From assembly GCA_965203055.1 (NCBI GenBank), contig OZ241863.1, positions 4,000,001-4,064,000 on the forward strand: a DNA stretch of 64,000 nucleotides, in the 5' to 3' direction. The stretch comes from Spirochaetia bacterium. Lineage in GTDB: Bacteria > Spirochaetota > Spirochaetia > SZUA-6 > Bin103. Positions within the stretch are counted from its first letter, which is position 1, and each line of letters starts with the position of its first letter. Under the pieces are notes generated by a model, which did not search any database, had not been told where the DNA came from, and saw nothing but the letters and a program-made list of their open reading frames with translations. A program made the translations under genes and the position numbers. Shown piece after piece: positions 18,997-28,227 of this stretch.

Positions 18997-21900
18997 ATGG
19001 ACGCCAGCGAGAAGTTTCAGCATCTGTTGCGGGAGCTCTTTCAGTTCGATTGCGCTGACCTGGATTTCGGCATCTACCGGATCATGAACCACAAGCGCGG
19101 CGTGATCGAGAATTTCATCGCCGAAGACCTGCCGCGCACTGTCGCGGACGAGCTGCAGCGCGGCCCGCTGGCCGATCAGGCGCAGGCCGTCGAGCGCCTG
19201 CAGGAGCTTGCCCGGCAGATCCGGGATGTCCTGGGCGGGAATGCGCTCGACGCAGACGGCAACTTGGCGGTGACGTATCGAGACACCCCTTTGGGCAGGA
19301 AATACCTTCGGGCGAAGCGGACCGGCGGCCTCAGCCGGGACACGCTCGAGGCAGCCATCTACAACCATCTGTATGCGTTCTTCAGCCGCTACTATCAGGA
19401 CGGTGACTTCATCTCGAAGCGGCGCTACTCCGGAAGCCAGCGCTACGCCATTCCCTACAACGGCGAAGAGGTCTATCTGCACTGGGCGAACAAGGACCAG
19501 TACTACGTAAAATCCGACGAGCATTTCCGCAACTACACCTTCACGCGGCAGGGCGTCAGCGTGCACTTCACGGTACGGAACGCGAACGTGGAACAGAACG
19601 ACGTCAAGGGCGACAAGCGGTTCTTCCTGCCGCAGGTCGCAGAGATCACCTGCGATGCGGAAGCCGGCCGTGTGCTGATCCCGTTCGAATACCGGCCCCT
19701 GACCGGCCGGGAGGAGACCGTCTACGGCCGCAGGAACCAGCAAGAAGCGATCATCCGCTCCGCCCTGACCGAGATTCCCCGACGGTTGCGCGGCGCCGAC
19801 GCGGCGGTAGCGGCGCTGACGGCCGAGCGCCACCGCAACGGCGAAGGCCGGCCGGTTGATTTCCTCGAGTACCACCTCCGCCGCTACACGCGGCGCAATT
19901 CCTCCGACTTCTTCGTTCACAAGAACCTGCGGGGGTTCCTCACACAGGAGCTCGATTTCTATCTGAAGAACGAGGTGCTCGACCTGGATGAAATCACCGC
20001 CGTCGGCGACGACGTGGCCGAAGGTTGGTTCCAGCTCATGCGGACGATCAAGGCGGTGGGCGGGCGCATCATCGAGTTTCTGGATCAGATCGAGAGCTTC
20101 CAGAAGATGCTGTGGGAGAAGCGCAAGTTCATCACCGAGACCCAGTACTGCATCACCATCGGCACCATCGACAGGAGCTTCTATCCCGACATCGCCGCCT
20201 GCGACCCGCAGTGGGCGGAATGGAAGGGACTGTTCCAAATCGACGAGGATGCGGTGAATCTGTTCAACTGCAATGGCGACCGCACTGACCGGCGCGTGTC
20301 CTTCCTGGAAACCCATCCGACGCTGGTACTCGATACCCGGCACTTCGATTCCGGCTTCGTGGATCGGTTGCTCAACGACGTGGATCACGTCGACGATCGA
20401 ACCGATGGTCTGTTGATTCACAGCGAGAACTTTCAGGCGCTCGGCCTGTTGCGCGAATCCTACCGCAACAGGGTCGAATGCGTATACTTGGATCCGCCAT
20501 ACAATACCGGTGACTCGGAGATTCTCTACAAGAACGAGTATCTTCTTTCTTCCTGGTTGACGATGATGGAAAACCGACTCTCTCTCATGATGGGATTACT
20601 CAACGAGGATCCCGTTCTATTCATCGCGATTGACGATTTTGAGATGGTCGATCTCTGTGGACTGATCGACAAGCACTATCCGTTCTTCCGTCGCGAGATG
20701 ATCATCGTCAATCACCACCCCCAGGGCGGCAAGGCGACGCTGTTGGCGAACACCCATGAGTACATGATCAGTTGCGTAAGCAAGGCTTCAGGTCGGACCT
20801 TGGTGGGACGTATCGCGAAAGACGGCGATGAACTTCGACCATTCAAGCGCAGCGGGACCGCTGCGAGCAATTTCCGCTACGCGCGGCCGAACAGCTTCTA
20901 CTCCTTACTGGTCGACCCGGAGACCAGGGCCGTCGTCGGCGCGGAGCCTCCTCCGGCAAGGAATAGTAACGAGTACCCGCGCGGCAATACCGAAGAAGGA
21001 TATGTCCGAGTCTATCCATTGGGAACTCAGGGTGAGGAGCGGGTCTGGCGCCGCTCGTATGAGTCGTGCCTGCCGCTGATCAGAAGCGGCAAGCTGCAGT
21101 GTAGCAACGGCATGACCATCTACCACCGCATCGAAGTGCAGGATCGCAGCGCCGCATTGTTCAGCAACTGGGTCGATTCACGATATAATGCCGGCACCTT
21201 CGGCGCCAATCTGCTTGGCGACATTATCGGAGCCAACAACTCTTTTTCCTACCCGAAGTCGGTTCACACCGTCGGCGACGCCATCTTCGGAGCAGGTATC
21301 GAAGACGACTCCTGTTGTGTCGATTTCTTCGCCGGATCGGGTACGACCGGGCACGCGGTAATCAATCTGAACCGTGAGGATGGCGGAGATCGCAAGTTCA
21401 TCCTGGTCGAGATGGGCCGCCATTTCGATACGGTATTGATGCCGCGCATCAAGAAAGTGACGTTCACCCCGGAGTGGAAAGATGGGAAGCCGGTGCGGAT
21501 GGCGACCCGGGACGAGGCTGAACGCGGCCCGCGCATCGTCAAGTACCATCGCCTGGAGAGCTACGAGGACGCGCTGAACAACATCGCTTTCGACGATGCG
21601 GCCGGTCAGCAGGCGCTGCGGTTCGACGATTACCTGCTCAAGTACCTGCTCAGGTGGGAGACGCGCACCAGCGCGACCCTGCTGAACGTGGAGAAGCTGA
21701 ATCGGCCGTTCGATTACCGGCTGGACGTCCATGCCGACGGCCGGCGTCACGAACGGGTAGCGGACCTGCCGGAGACCTTCAACTACCTGCTGGGCCTGCG
21801 CGTGCAAACGCGCCGCGTGCACCACGACGAAGGGCGCCGCTATCTGGTCTATCGCGGCAGCGTCGAAGACCGGACGACGGTGGTCATCTGGCGGGAGACG

Positions 21901-22068
21901 GAGGGCTGGCGGAAGGAAGAGCTGATTCGGGACAAGGAGTTCGTGACCGAACGGGACCTGACCGCCGGAGCGGACGCGGTGTTCGTCAACGGCGATTCCT
22001 TCATCCCGAACGCGAAGGCCCTGGAGCCGGTGTTCAAGGCGCGGATGTTCGCGCCGTTGGGAAACTGA
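18997..22068 (+). CDS. mod: Type III R-M methyltransferase subunit (Mod1)
   Basis: LFQFDCADLDFGIYRIMN N-terminus, YLDPPYN (motif IV), YPKS, DFFAGSGTTGHAV (motif I) and LESYEDALNN; lies upstream of res. Confidence 0.92.
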   Translation: MDASEKFQHLLRELFQFDCADLDFGIYRIMNHKRGVIENFIAEDLPRTVADELQRGPLADQAQAVERLQELARQIRDVLGGNALDADGNLAVTYRDTPLGRKYLRAKRTGGLSRDTLEAAIYNHLYAFFSRYYQDGDFISKRRYSGSQRYAIPYNGEEVYLHWANKDQYYVKSDEHFRNYTFTRQGVSVHFTVRNANVEQNDVKGDKRFFLPQVAEITCDAEAGRVLIPFEYRPLTGREETVYGRRNQQEAIIRSALTEIPRRLRGADAAVAALTAERHRNGEGRPVDFLEYHLRRYTRRNSSDFFVHKNLRGFLTQELDFYLKNEVLDLDEITAVGDDVAEGWFQLMRTIKAVGGRIIEFLDQIESFQKMLWEKRKFITETQYCITIGTIDRSFYPDIAACDPQWAEWKGLFQIDEDAVNLFNCNGDRTDRRVSFLETHPTLVLDTRHFDSGFVDRLLNDVDHVDDRTDGLLIHSENFQALGLLRESYRNRVECVYLDPPYNTGDSEILYKNEYLLSSWLTMMENRLSLMMGLLNEDPVLFIAIDDFEMVDLCGLIDKHYPFFRREMIIVNHHPQGGKATLLANTHEYMISCVSKASGRTLVGRIAKDGDELRPFKRSGTAASNFRYARPNSFYSLLVDPETRAVVGAEPPPARNSNEYPRGNTEEGYVRVYPLGTQGEERVWRRSYESCLPLIRSGKLQCSNGMTIYHRIEVQDRSAALFSNWVDSRYNAGTFGANLLGDIIGANNSFSYPKSVHTVGDAIFGAGIEDDSCCVDFFAGSGTTGHAVINLNREDGGDRKFILVEMGRHFDTVLMPRIKKVTFTPEWKDGKPVRMATRDEAERGPRIVKYHRLESYEDALNNIAFDDAAGQQALRFDDYLLKYLLRWETRTSATLLNVEKLNRPFDYRLDVHADGRRHERVADLPETFNYLLGLRVQTRRVHHDEGRRYLVYRGSVEDRTTVVIWRETEGWRKEELIRDKEFVTERDLTAGADAVFVNGDSFIPNAKALEPVFKARMFAPLGN
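19010..20370 (+). repeat. outer inverted repeat arm (mod1 5' conserved region), pairs with ~26925-28098
   Basis: Near-identical to the reverse complement of the mod2 5' region; includes a 62-bp perfect match (20166-20227 vs 27036-27097). Boundaries approximate. Confidence 0.9.
21451..22060 (+). repeat. inner inverted repeat arm (mod1 3' conserved region), pairs with ~25239-25828
   Basis: Perfect stretches of 53 bp (21517-21569) and 55 bp (21670-21724) versus mod2; identity ends at GCGCCGTTGG. Confidence 0.9.
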
Positions 22069-22070
22069 CG

Positions 22071-25000
22071 GTGCCCCGGCGAAGGGGCGTCAGCGGCGCC
22101 GCCCGCGAGTCCGGCGCGGCGCCGCACGTGAGGCTGGAACAGCGGCTGGTGCTGCTGTCCTGGCTGAACGGGCTGCTCGGCTACCGGAGCAACCGTGACC
22201 TGCTGCGCGATCTGAAGGAGGCCCCGGAAGGGTTCGACGCGGCCGGACGCAGCCATCTCTACCACCGGCTGACGGCGCGCGGCGAGCTGCAGGTGCCGGC
22301 GGCCGATCTGGCCCGATACGACGACAACGTCCGCGCGCACCTTGACGCCATGAACGCCCGCCGCTCCGAGCCGATCACGCTGCGCTACTTTCAGCACGCC
22401 GCGCTCCTCCATACCGAGCTGTTCCTGGATCGATACTTCCATGGCCGGGGTGAGCTGATCCGCTCGCTGAACCGGTTCGCGGCGGACCGGAACGCTACCC
22501 GGCCGTTCGCCGACCCCGCCCCGCGCGACGCCGACTTCACGCAATCGGACCTGAAGAAGCTGGCGTTCTGGATGGCGACCGGCAGCGGCAAGACGCTCAT
22601 CATGCACGTCAACTACCGCCAGTTCCTGCACTACCACCGCCGGCCGCTCGACAACGTCCTGCTGATCACGCCGAACGAGGGCTTGAGCGAGCAGCATCTG
22701 GCGGAGCTGGCCGCCTCGGACATCCGGTGCCGGAGCTTCGACCCGGACGAGAGCGGTCTCATGACGGCCGGGGAGGATGAGGTCCGGGTCATCGAGATCA
22801 CCAAGCTGGTGCAGGAGAAGCGCGGCGGCGGCGTGAGCGTGCCGGTGGAGGCCTTCGAGGGCAACAACCTGATCTTCGTGGACGAGGGGCACAAGGGCTC
22901 CGGCGGCGCCGCGTGGCGCAGCTTCCGCGACGCGCTGGGCGAGACCGGCTTCACGTTCGAGTACAGCGCCACCTTCGGGCAGGCGCTGAGCGCGGCGCGC
23001 AACGACCAGCTCACCGCCGAGTATGGCAAGTCGATCATCTTCGACTACTCGTACCGCTACTTCCACGGCGACGGATACGGCAAGGACTTCCACGTGCTCA
23101 ACCTGCAGGAGGAAGCGGCGGAGGATAGAACCGACCTGCTGCTGCTCGGCAACCTGCTCTCTTTCTACGAGCAGCGGCGGCTGTTTGCGCGGCAGGCGGC
23201 GGCGCTGCGCCCGTACCACCTGGAACGCCCGCTGTGGGTGTTCGTCGGCAGCACCGTGAACGCGGTCTACACCGAGTTCGGCCGGAAGCGCAGCGACGTG
23301 CTCACGGTAGTCCGATTCCTGCACCGCGTATTGGAGAACCGGCGGGGCTGGGTGGTCGGGGCCATCGAGGAGCTGCTCGCCGGCCGGAGCGGTCTGACCG
23401 CGCCGGACGGACGGGACGCGTTCGGCGATCGATTCAAGTATCTGCGCGAAGAATCCCTGTCGGCCGCGGCCGTGTACCGGGACCTGCTCGCTACGGTGCT
23501 GCACGCGCCGGCGGGAGGCGGCCTGCACCTGTGCGCCATCCGCGGCAGCGCCGGTGAGATCGGACTGAAGGCGAGCGGCGCCGAACACTACTTCGGACTG
23601 ATCTACGTCGGCGACGCCGCCGCCTTCAGGAAACTCGCCGCGGCCGACGACTGCGGAATGACGTTGGAAGAGGACGTGGTCAGCGGCTCGCTGTTCGACG
23701 CCATCGGCCGTCCGGCCACCACCATCGACGTGCTGATCGGGGCGAAGAAATTCATGGAGGGCTGGAACTCGTGGCGGGTGGCGAGCATGGGACTGCTCAA
23801 CATCGGCCGCAAGGAGGGATCGGAGATCATCCAGCTCTTCGGGCGCGGCGTGCGCCTGCGGGGCAGGGGACGCAGCCTGAAGCGAAGCGCGGCGCTGGCC
23901 GGCCGGCATCCGGCCCATCTCGGCCTGCTGGAGACGCTCAACGTGTTCGCCGTGCGCGCCAACTACATGACGCAGTTCCGCGCGTACCTGGAACGGGAAG
24001 GGATCGAGACCGAAGGTGACGTCGAGTTGCCGCTCGGCATCAGGACGAACCGGGACTTCCTGCGCCGGGGCCTGGTCGTACCTCGGGTGCCGGAGGAGCG
24101 GAACTTCGCCGCCGAGGCGTATCTCCTGCTGGAGCCGGAGCGGGACCTCCGGGTGCGCGTGGACCTGTCGCTCAAGGCGCAGTCCCTCGAAAGCGGCGCC
24201 GGCGGCCTCACCGCGGTTGCGATGCGCGGCGGCCGGGAGGTGGAAATACCGGACGAAAGTCTCGAGCTCGTCGATTGGCAGCGGGTCTACCTGGAGCTCC
24301 TCGAATACCGGGAACGCAGGGGCTACGCCAACCTCGTCATTCGGCCGGAAACGGCCCGGACGATCATGGAGACGTCCCACCCCGGCCGGCTCTACCGCCT
24401 GACCGCCGACGAGTCAATTGTCGCGCCGACTTCCTTCGCCGGCGCCGAACCGCTCCACGAGGCGGTGCTCTCCATCCTGCGGCACTACCTGGACCGGTTC
24501 TATCGCGTCCGCCGGGAGCGCTGGGAGGCGCAGCACATGGTGTACGCGGAGCTCGACGAGGAGCATGCGAACTTCCGGGACTACACCGTCCGGATCGCCC
24601 GCAGCGAAGTCGAGCTGATCGACGCGATTCAGAAGCTCATCGCCGAAGCGGACCGCATCTACCGGCAGGAGACGCAGGAGTTGCCGGCCGTTCACTTCGA
24701 CCGCCACCTGTACCAGCCGCTGCTGGTGGAGCGCGGCGCCAAGGTACGGAGCGACCCGCCGGGCCTCAACGAGGCGGAACGTCGGTTCGTCGAGGATCTG
24801 CGGCAGTACTGTTTGGCGGAGCGCGACGGATCGCTCGCCGGCAAGGAAATCTATCTCCTGCGCAACCTGAGCAAGGGGAAGGGGATCGGATTCTTCGAGC
24901 GGCGCGGCTTCTATCCCGACTTCATCCTGTGGATCAAGGCCGGCTCCGCGCAGCGCATCGTCTTCGTCGAACCGCACGGCCTGCTGCACGCCGAGGCGTA

Positions 25001-25265
25001 CCGGCATGACGACAAGGCGCGGCTGCACGAATCCCTGCCGGGACTGGCCGCGGCGATGGCGTCACGCACCACGCTGAAGAACGTGACCCTCGACTCCTTC
25101 ATCGTCTCCGCGACCCCCTACGAAGAGGTGCGCACCAGATATGATGACGGCACCTGGGACCGGGAGCGTTTCGGAGACCGGCACATCCTGTTCCGCGAAG
25201 CCGATCCCCGCGGCTACGTCGCCCGGATCGTCACCCCTCCAACGGCGCGAACATCCGCGCCTTGA
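22071..25265 (+). CDS. res: Type III R-M restriction subunit (SF2 helicase + PD-(D/E)xK-like nuclease)
   Basis: MATGSGKT, VDEGHK, YSATF, EGWN, QLFGRGVRL and FYPDFILW...FVEPHG; GTG start 2 nt after the mod1 stop (alternative 22128). Confidence 0.92.
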   Translation: MPRRRGVSGAARESGAAPHVRLEQRLVLLSWLNGLLGYRSNRDLLRDLKEAPEGFDAAGRSHLYHRLTARGELQVPAADLARYDDNVRAHLDAMNARRSEPITLRYFQHAALLHTELFLDRYFHGRGELIRSLNRFAADRNATRPFADPAPRDADFTQSDLKKLAFWMATGSGKTLIMHVNYRQFLHYHRRPLDNVLLITPNEGLSEQHLAELAASDIRCRSFDPDESGLMTAGEDEVRVIEITKLVQEKRGGGVSVPVEAFEGNNLIFVDEGHKGSGGAAWRSFRDALGETGFTFEYSATFGQALSAARNDQLTAEYGKSIIFDYSYRYFHGDGYGKDFHVLNLQEEAAEDRTDLLLLGNLLSFYEQRRLFARQAAALRPYHLERPLWVFVGSTVNAVYTEFGRKRSDVLTVVRFLHRVLENRRGWVVGAIEELLAGRSGLTAPDGRDAFGDRFKYLREESLSAAAVYRDLLATVLHAPAGGGLHLCAIRGSAGEIGLKASGAEHYFGLIYVGDAAAFRKLAAADDCGMTLEEDVVSGSLFDAIGRPATTIDVLIGAKKFMEGWNSWRVASMGLLNIGRKEGSEIIQLFGRGVRLRGRGRSLKRSAALAGRHPAHLGLLETLNVFAVRANYMTQFRAYLEREGIETEGDVELPLGIRTNRDFLRRGLVVPRVPEERNFAAEAYLLLEPERDLRVRVDLSLKAQSLESGAGGLTAVAMRGGREVEIPDESLELVDWQRVYLELLEYRERRGYANLVIRPETARTIMETSHPGRLYRLTADESIVAPTSFAGAEPLHEAVLSILRHYLDRFYRVRRERWEAQHMVYAELDEEHANFRDYTVRIARSEVELIDAIQKLIAEADRIYRQETQELPAVHFDRHLYQPLLVERGAKVRSDPPGLNEAERRFVEDLRQYCLAERDGSLAGKEIYLLRNLSKGKGIGFFERRGFYPDFILWIKAGSAQRIVFVEPHGLLHAEAYRHDDKARLHESLPGLAAAMASRTTLKNVTLDSFIVSATPYEEVRTRYDDGTWDRERFGDRHILFREADPRGYVARIVTPPTARTSAP

Positions 25266-28101
25266 ACACCGGCTCCAGCGCCTTCGCGTCCGGGATGAAG
25301 GAATCGCCGTTGACGAAGACCGCGTCCGCCCCGGCGGTCAGGTCCCGTTCGGTCACGAACTCCCTGTCCCGGATCAGCTCCTCCTTCCGCCAGCCCTCCG
25401 TCTCGCGCCAGATGACCACCGCGGTCCGGTCTTCGACGCTGCCGCGATAGACCAGATAGCGGCGCCCGTCGTCGTGGTACACGCGGCGCGTCCGCACGCG
25501 CAGTCCCAGCAGGTAGTTGAAGGTCTCCGGCAGATCCGCGCCGGCATCGACGCCCAGCCGGTAATCGAACGGCCGATTCAGCTTCTCCACGTTCAGCAGG
25601 GTCGCGCTCGCGCGCGTCTCCCACTTGAGCAGGTACTTGAGCACGTAGTCGTCGAACTGCAGCGCCCGCTGGCCTGCCGCATCGTCGAACGCGATGTTGT
25701 TCAGCGCCTCCTCGTAGCTCTCCAGGCGATGGTACTTGACGATGCGCGGGCCGCGTTCAGCTTCGTCCCGGGTCGCCGTCCGCGCCGGCTTCCCGTCCTT
25801 CCACTCCGGCGTGAACGTGACCTTCTTCATTCGCGGCAGGAGAATGGCATCGAACTGGCCGCCGACTTCGACCAGGACGAACCTGCGCCGCGCGCCGTCG
25901 TCCCGGTTCAGGCGCATGACCGCGTGGCCGGTCGTGCCCGAGCCGGCGAAGTAATCCAACACCAGGCCGTCGGTTCCGTCCGCGGCGGCGCCGATCAGGT
26001 CGGCGTAGAATGACACCGGGTGCGCGTAGGGGAAGTCGTTCAACCCGAGCGAATCGAGCTCCGATTTGCCCCTCCTCGCATCCTGAAGCACGGAGGGAAG
26101 CTGACGGCTCGATGATTCGCGCAGCAACCGTTTCTGGCGTGGCTGCGTACTCTCGTCCGCTCCGAACAGTATTTCTCCCTGCGCCATCATCTCGCGCAGC
26201 GTAGCCGGCGTTCTCGAGAAGCCGTTGGGCGGAACCGGGCACGGCCGGCCGGTCGCCGGGTGTATCAAGGGCTCGAAGAACTTGGGATCCGTTCTCGGTT
26301 CCGGCGCCCGCAGACTCACGCTCGTGTATACCCTGCCCTCGTCGTCGAGATAGCGATACGCCTTCTCGCCGCCGCTCAGGGCATCGTTCCGGCGTATCCA
26401 GTCGGCGAATTGCGCTCTTGCCTGCTGCAGGGAAGCGGGATACTTGCGCACCAACTCCTTCGCCCGGTCCAGAATCGACTGCGCGTGACTCGTCCGCAGG
26501 TTGAGCGCGCGGTCCGACTTCGTTCTCCATATGACGTACTCGTGCTGAATCGCAATCCCGCCGCCCCCGGTCATCGGATTCCTCTTGTCCCAGACGATCG
26601 TGCCGGCGTTGGGGATGCCCAGTCGCTCGAACAGCAGGTGGAGCCGTTCGTACTCGTTCTCGTCGATGTGGCAGACCAACGAACCGCGGTCGTTCAGGAG
26701 CGCCGCGGCGCGGCGCAGGTGCTGCTCCATCATCGTCAGCCAGCTCGAATGCCGGTATGCGTTCTTGTACAGAAAACCGCTCGTCTGCGTATTGTAGGGA
26801 GGATCGACGTGTATGCAGCTTATCGTTCTCCGGTATGCGGCGTGCAGCAAGCTCAGTGCCTGGGTGTTGTCGCCATGCATCAGCAGACCGTCCAGCACGT
26901 CGTCCAGATCGTCGATACTGCCGATCAGGCGGTCGACGAAGTCGGGCGCGAAATGCCGGGTGTCGAGTACCAGCGCCGGATGGGTTTCCAGGAAGGTCAG
27001 GCGCCGGGCCGTGCGGTCGTCGATGCGGAACAGCTCCTTCCATTCCGCCCACTGCGGGTCGCAGGCGGCGATGTCGGGATAGAAGCTCCTGTCGATGTTG
27101 CCGACCGTGATGCAGTACCAGGTCTCGGTGATGAACTTGCGCTTCTCCCACAGCATCTTCCGGAAGCTCTCGATCTGATCCAGGAACTCGATGATCCGCC
27201 CCCCGACCGCCTTGATCGCCCGCATGACCTGGAACCAGTCTTCGGCCCGGCTCTCCCCGGCGGCCGCCAGCTCGTCCAGATCGAGCACCTCGTTCTTCAG
27301 ATAGAAATCGAGCTCCTGGGTGAGGAACCCCCGCAGGTTCTTGTGGATGAAGAAGTCGGAGGCGTTGCGCCGCGTGTAGCGGCGGAGGTGGTATTCCAGG
27401 AAGTCGACCGGCCGCCCGTCGCCGTTGCGGTGGCGCTCCGCCGTCAGCGCTGCCAGCGCCGCGCCGGCGCCACCCAACCGCCGGGGAATCTCGGCCAGGG
27501 CGGAGCGGATGATCGCCTCCTGCCGGTTCCTGCGGCCGTAGAAGGTCTCCTCCCGGCCGGTCAGGGGCCGGTATTCGAACGGGATCAGCACGAGCCCGGC
27601 TTCCGCGTCGCAGGTGATCTCCTCGACCTGCGGCAGGAAGAACCGTTTGTCGCCCTTGACGTCGTTCCGTTCCACGTTCGCGGCCCGCACCGTGAAGCGC
27701 ACGGTGACGCCCTGCCGCGCGAAGGCGTAGTCGCGAAAGTGCTCGTCCGACTTGACGTAGTACTGGTCGTCGTTCGCCCAGTAGAGATAGACCTCTTCGC
27801 CGTTGTAGGGAATGGCGTAGCGCTGCCGCCTGGAGTAGCGCCGCTTCGAGATGAAGTCGCCGTCCTGATAGTAGCGGCTGAAGAACGCGTGCAGATGGTT
27901 GTAGATGGCCGCCTCGGGCGCCTGCGCCTGGCCGGCGAGCGGACCGCGTTGCAGCTCCTCCGCGATGGTGCGCGGCAGGTCCTCGGCGATGAATGCCTCG
28001 ATCACGCCGCGCCGGTGGTTCATGATCCGGTAGATGCCGAAATCCAGGTCGGCGCAGTCGAACTGAAAGAGCTCGCGCAACAGATCCTGGAACTTATCCA
28101 A
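25231..28101 (-). CDS. mod: second Type III Mod (Mod2), convergent with res, with a different target-recognition region
   Basis: Paralogue of mod1 with HVDPPYN, YAHP and DYFAGSGTTGHAV. Start uncertain (TTG 28101 or ATG 28137). The 3' end overlaps res by 35 bp. Confidence 0.88.
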   Translation of the reverse strand: MDKFQDLLRELFQFDCADLDFGIYRIMNHRRGVIEAFIAEDLPRTIAEELQRGPLAGQAQAPEAAIYNHLHAFFSRYYQDGDFISKRRYSRRQRYAIPYNGEEVYLYWANDDQYYVKSDEHFRDYAFARQGVTVRFTVRAANVERNDVKGDKRFFLPQVEEITCDAEAGLVLIPFEYRPLTGREETFYGRRNRQEAIIRSALAEIPRRLGGAGAALAALTAERHRNGDGRPVDFLEYHLRRYTRRNASDFFIHKNLRGFLTQELDFYLKNEVLDLDELAAAGESRAEDWFQVMRAIKAVGGRIIEFLDQIESFRKMLWEKRKFITETWYCITVGNIDRSFYPDIAACDPQWAEWKELFRIDDRTARRLTFLETHPALVLDTRHFAPDFVDRLIGSIDDLDDVLDGLLMHGDNTQALSLLHAAYRRTISCIHVDPPYNTQTSGFLYKNAYRHSSWLTMMEQHLRRAAALLNDRGSLVCHIDENEYERLHLLFERLGIPNAGTIVWDKRNPMTGGGGIAIQHEYVIWRTKSDRALNLRTSHAQSILDRAKELVRKYPASLQQARAQFADWIRRNDALSGGEKAYRYLDDEGRVYTSVSLRAPEPRTDPKFFEPLIHPATGRPCPVPPNGFSRTPATLREMMAQGEILFGADESTQPRQKRLLRESSSRQLPSVLQDARRGKSELDSLGLNDFPYAHPVSFYADLIGAAADGTDGLVLDYFAGSGTTGHAVMRLNRDDGARRRFVLVEVGGQFDAILLPRMKKVTFTPEWKDGKPARTATRDEAERGPRIVKYHRLESYEEALNNIAFDDAAGQRALQFDDYVLKYLLKWETRASATLLNVEKLNRPFDYRLGVDAGADLPETFNYLLGLRVRTRRVYHDDGRRYLVYRGSVEDRTAVVIWRETEGWRKEELIRDREFVTERDLTAGADAVFVNGDSFIPDAKALEPVFKARMFAPLEG

Positions 28102-28129
28102 ATTGACGTGTAGGGGCTGATATTGGGCT

Positions 28130-28153
28130 TTACACATCAACTTGGATGTATAA
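28130..28153. promoter_or_regulatory. AT-rich imperfect palindrome at the 5' end of mod2
   Basis: TTACACATC-AACTTG-GATGTATAA: 9-bp arms with 1 mismatch and a 6-bp spacer. Confidence 0.4.
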
Positions 28154-28227
28154 GCCGGGCGCGGGTCGTTGCCGCTCCTGCCGGCGGACGGGTCCGCCGG
28201 CAGGAGGGAAGATCAGCCGAGCGCCGG

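Noticed and set aside
18997..28140. Simple-sequence-repeat phase variation of the mod genes
   Set aside because: I saw no long homopolymer or short tandem tract in either mod gene.
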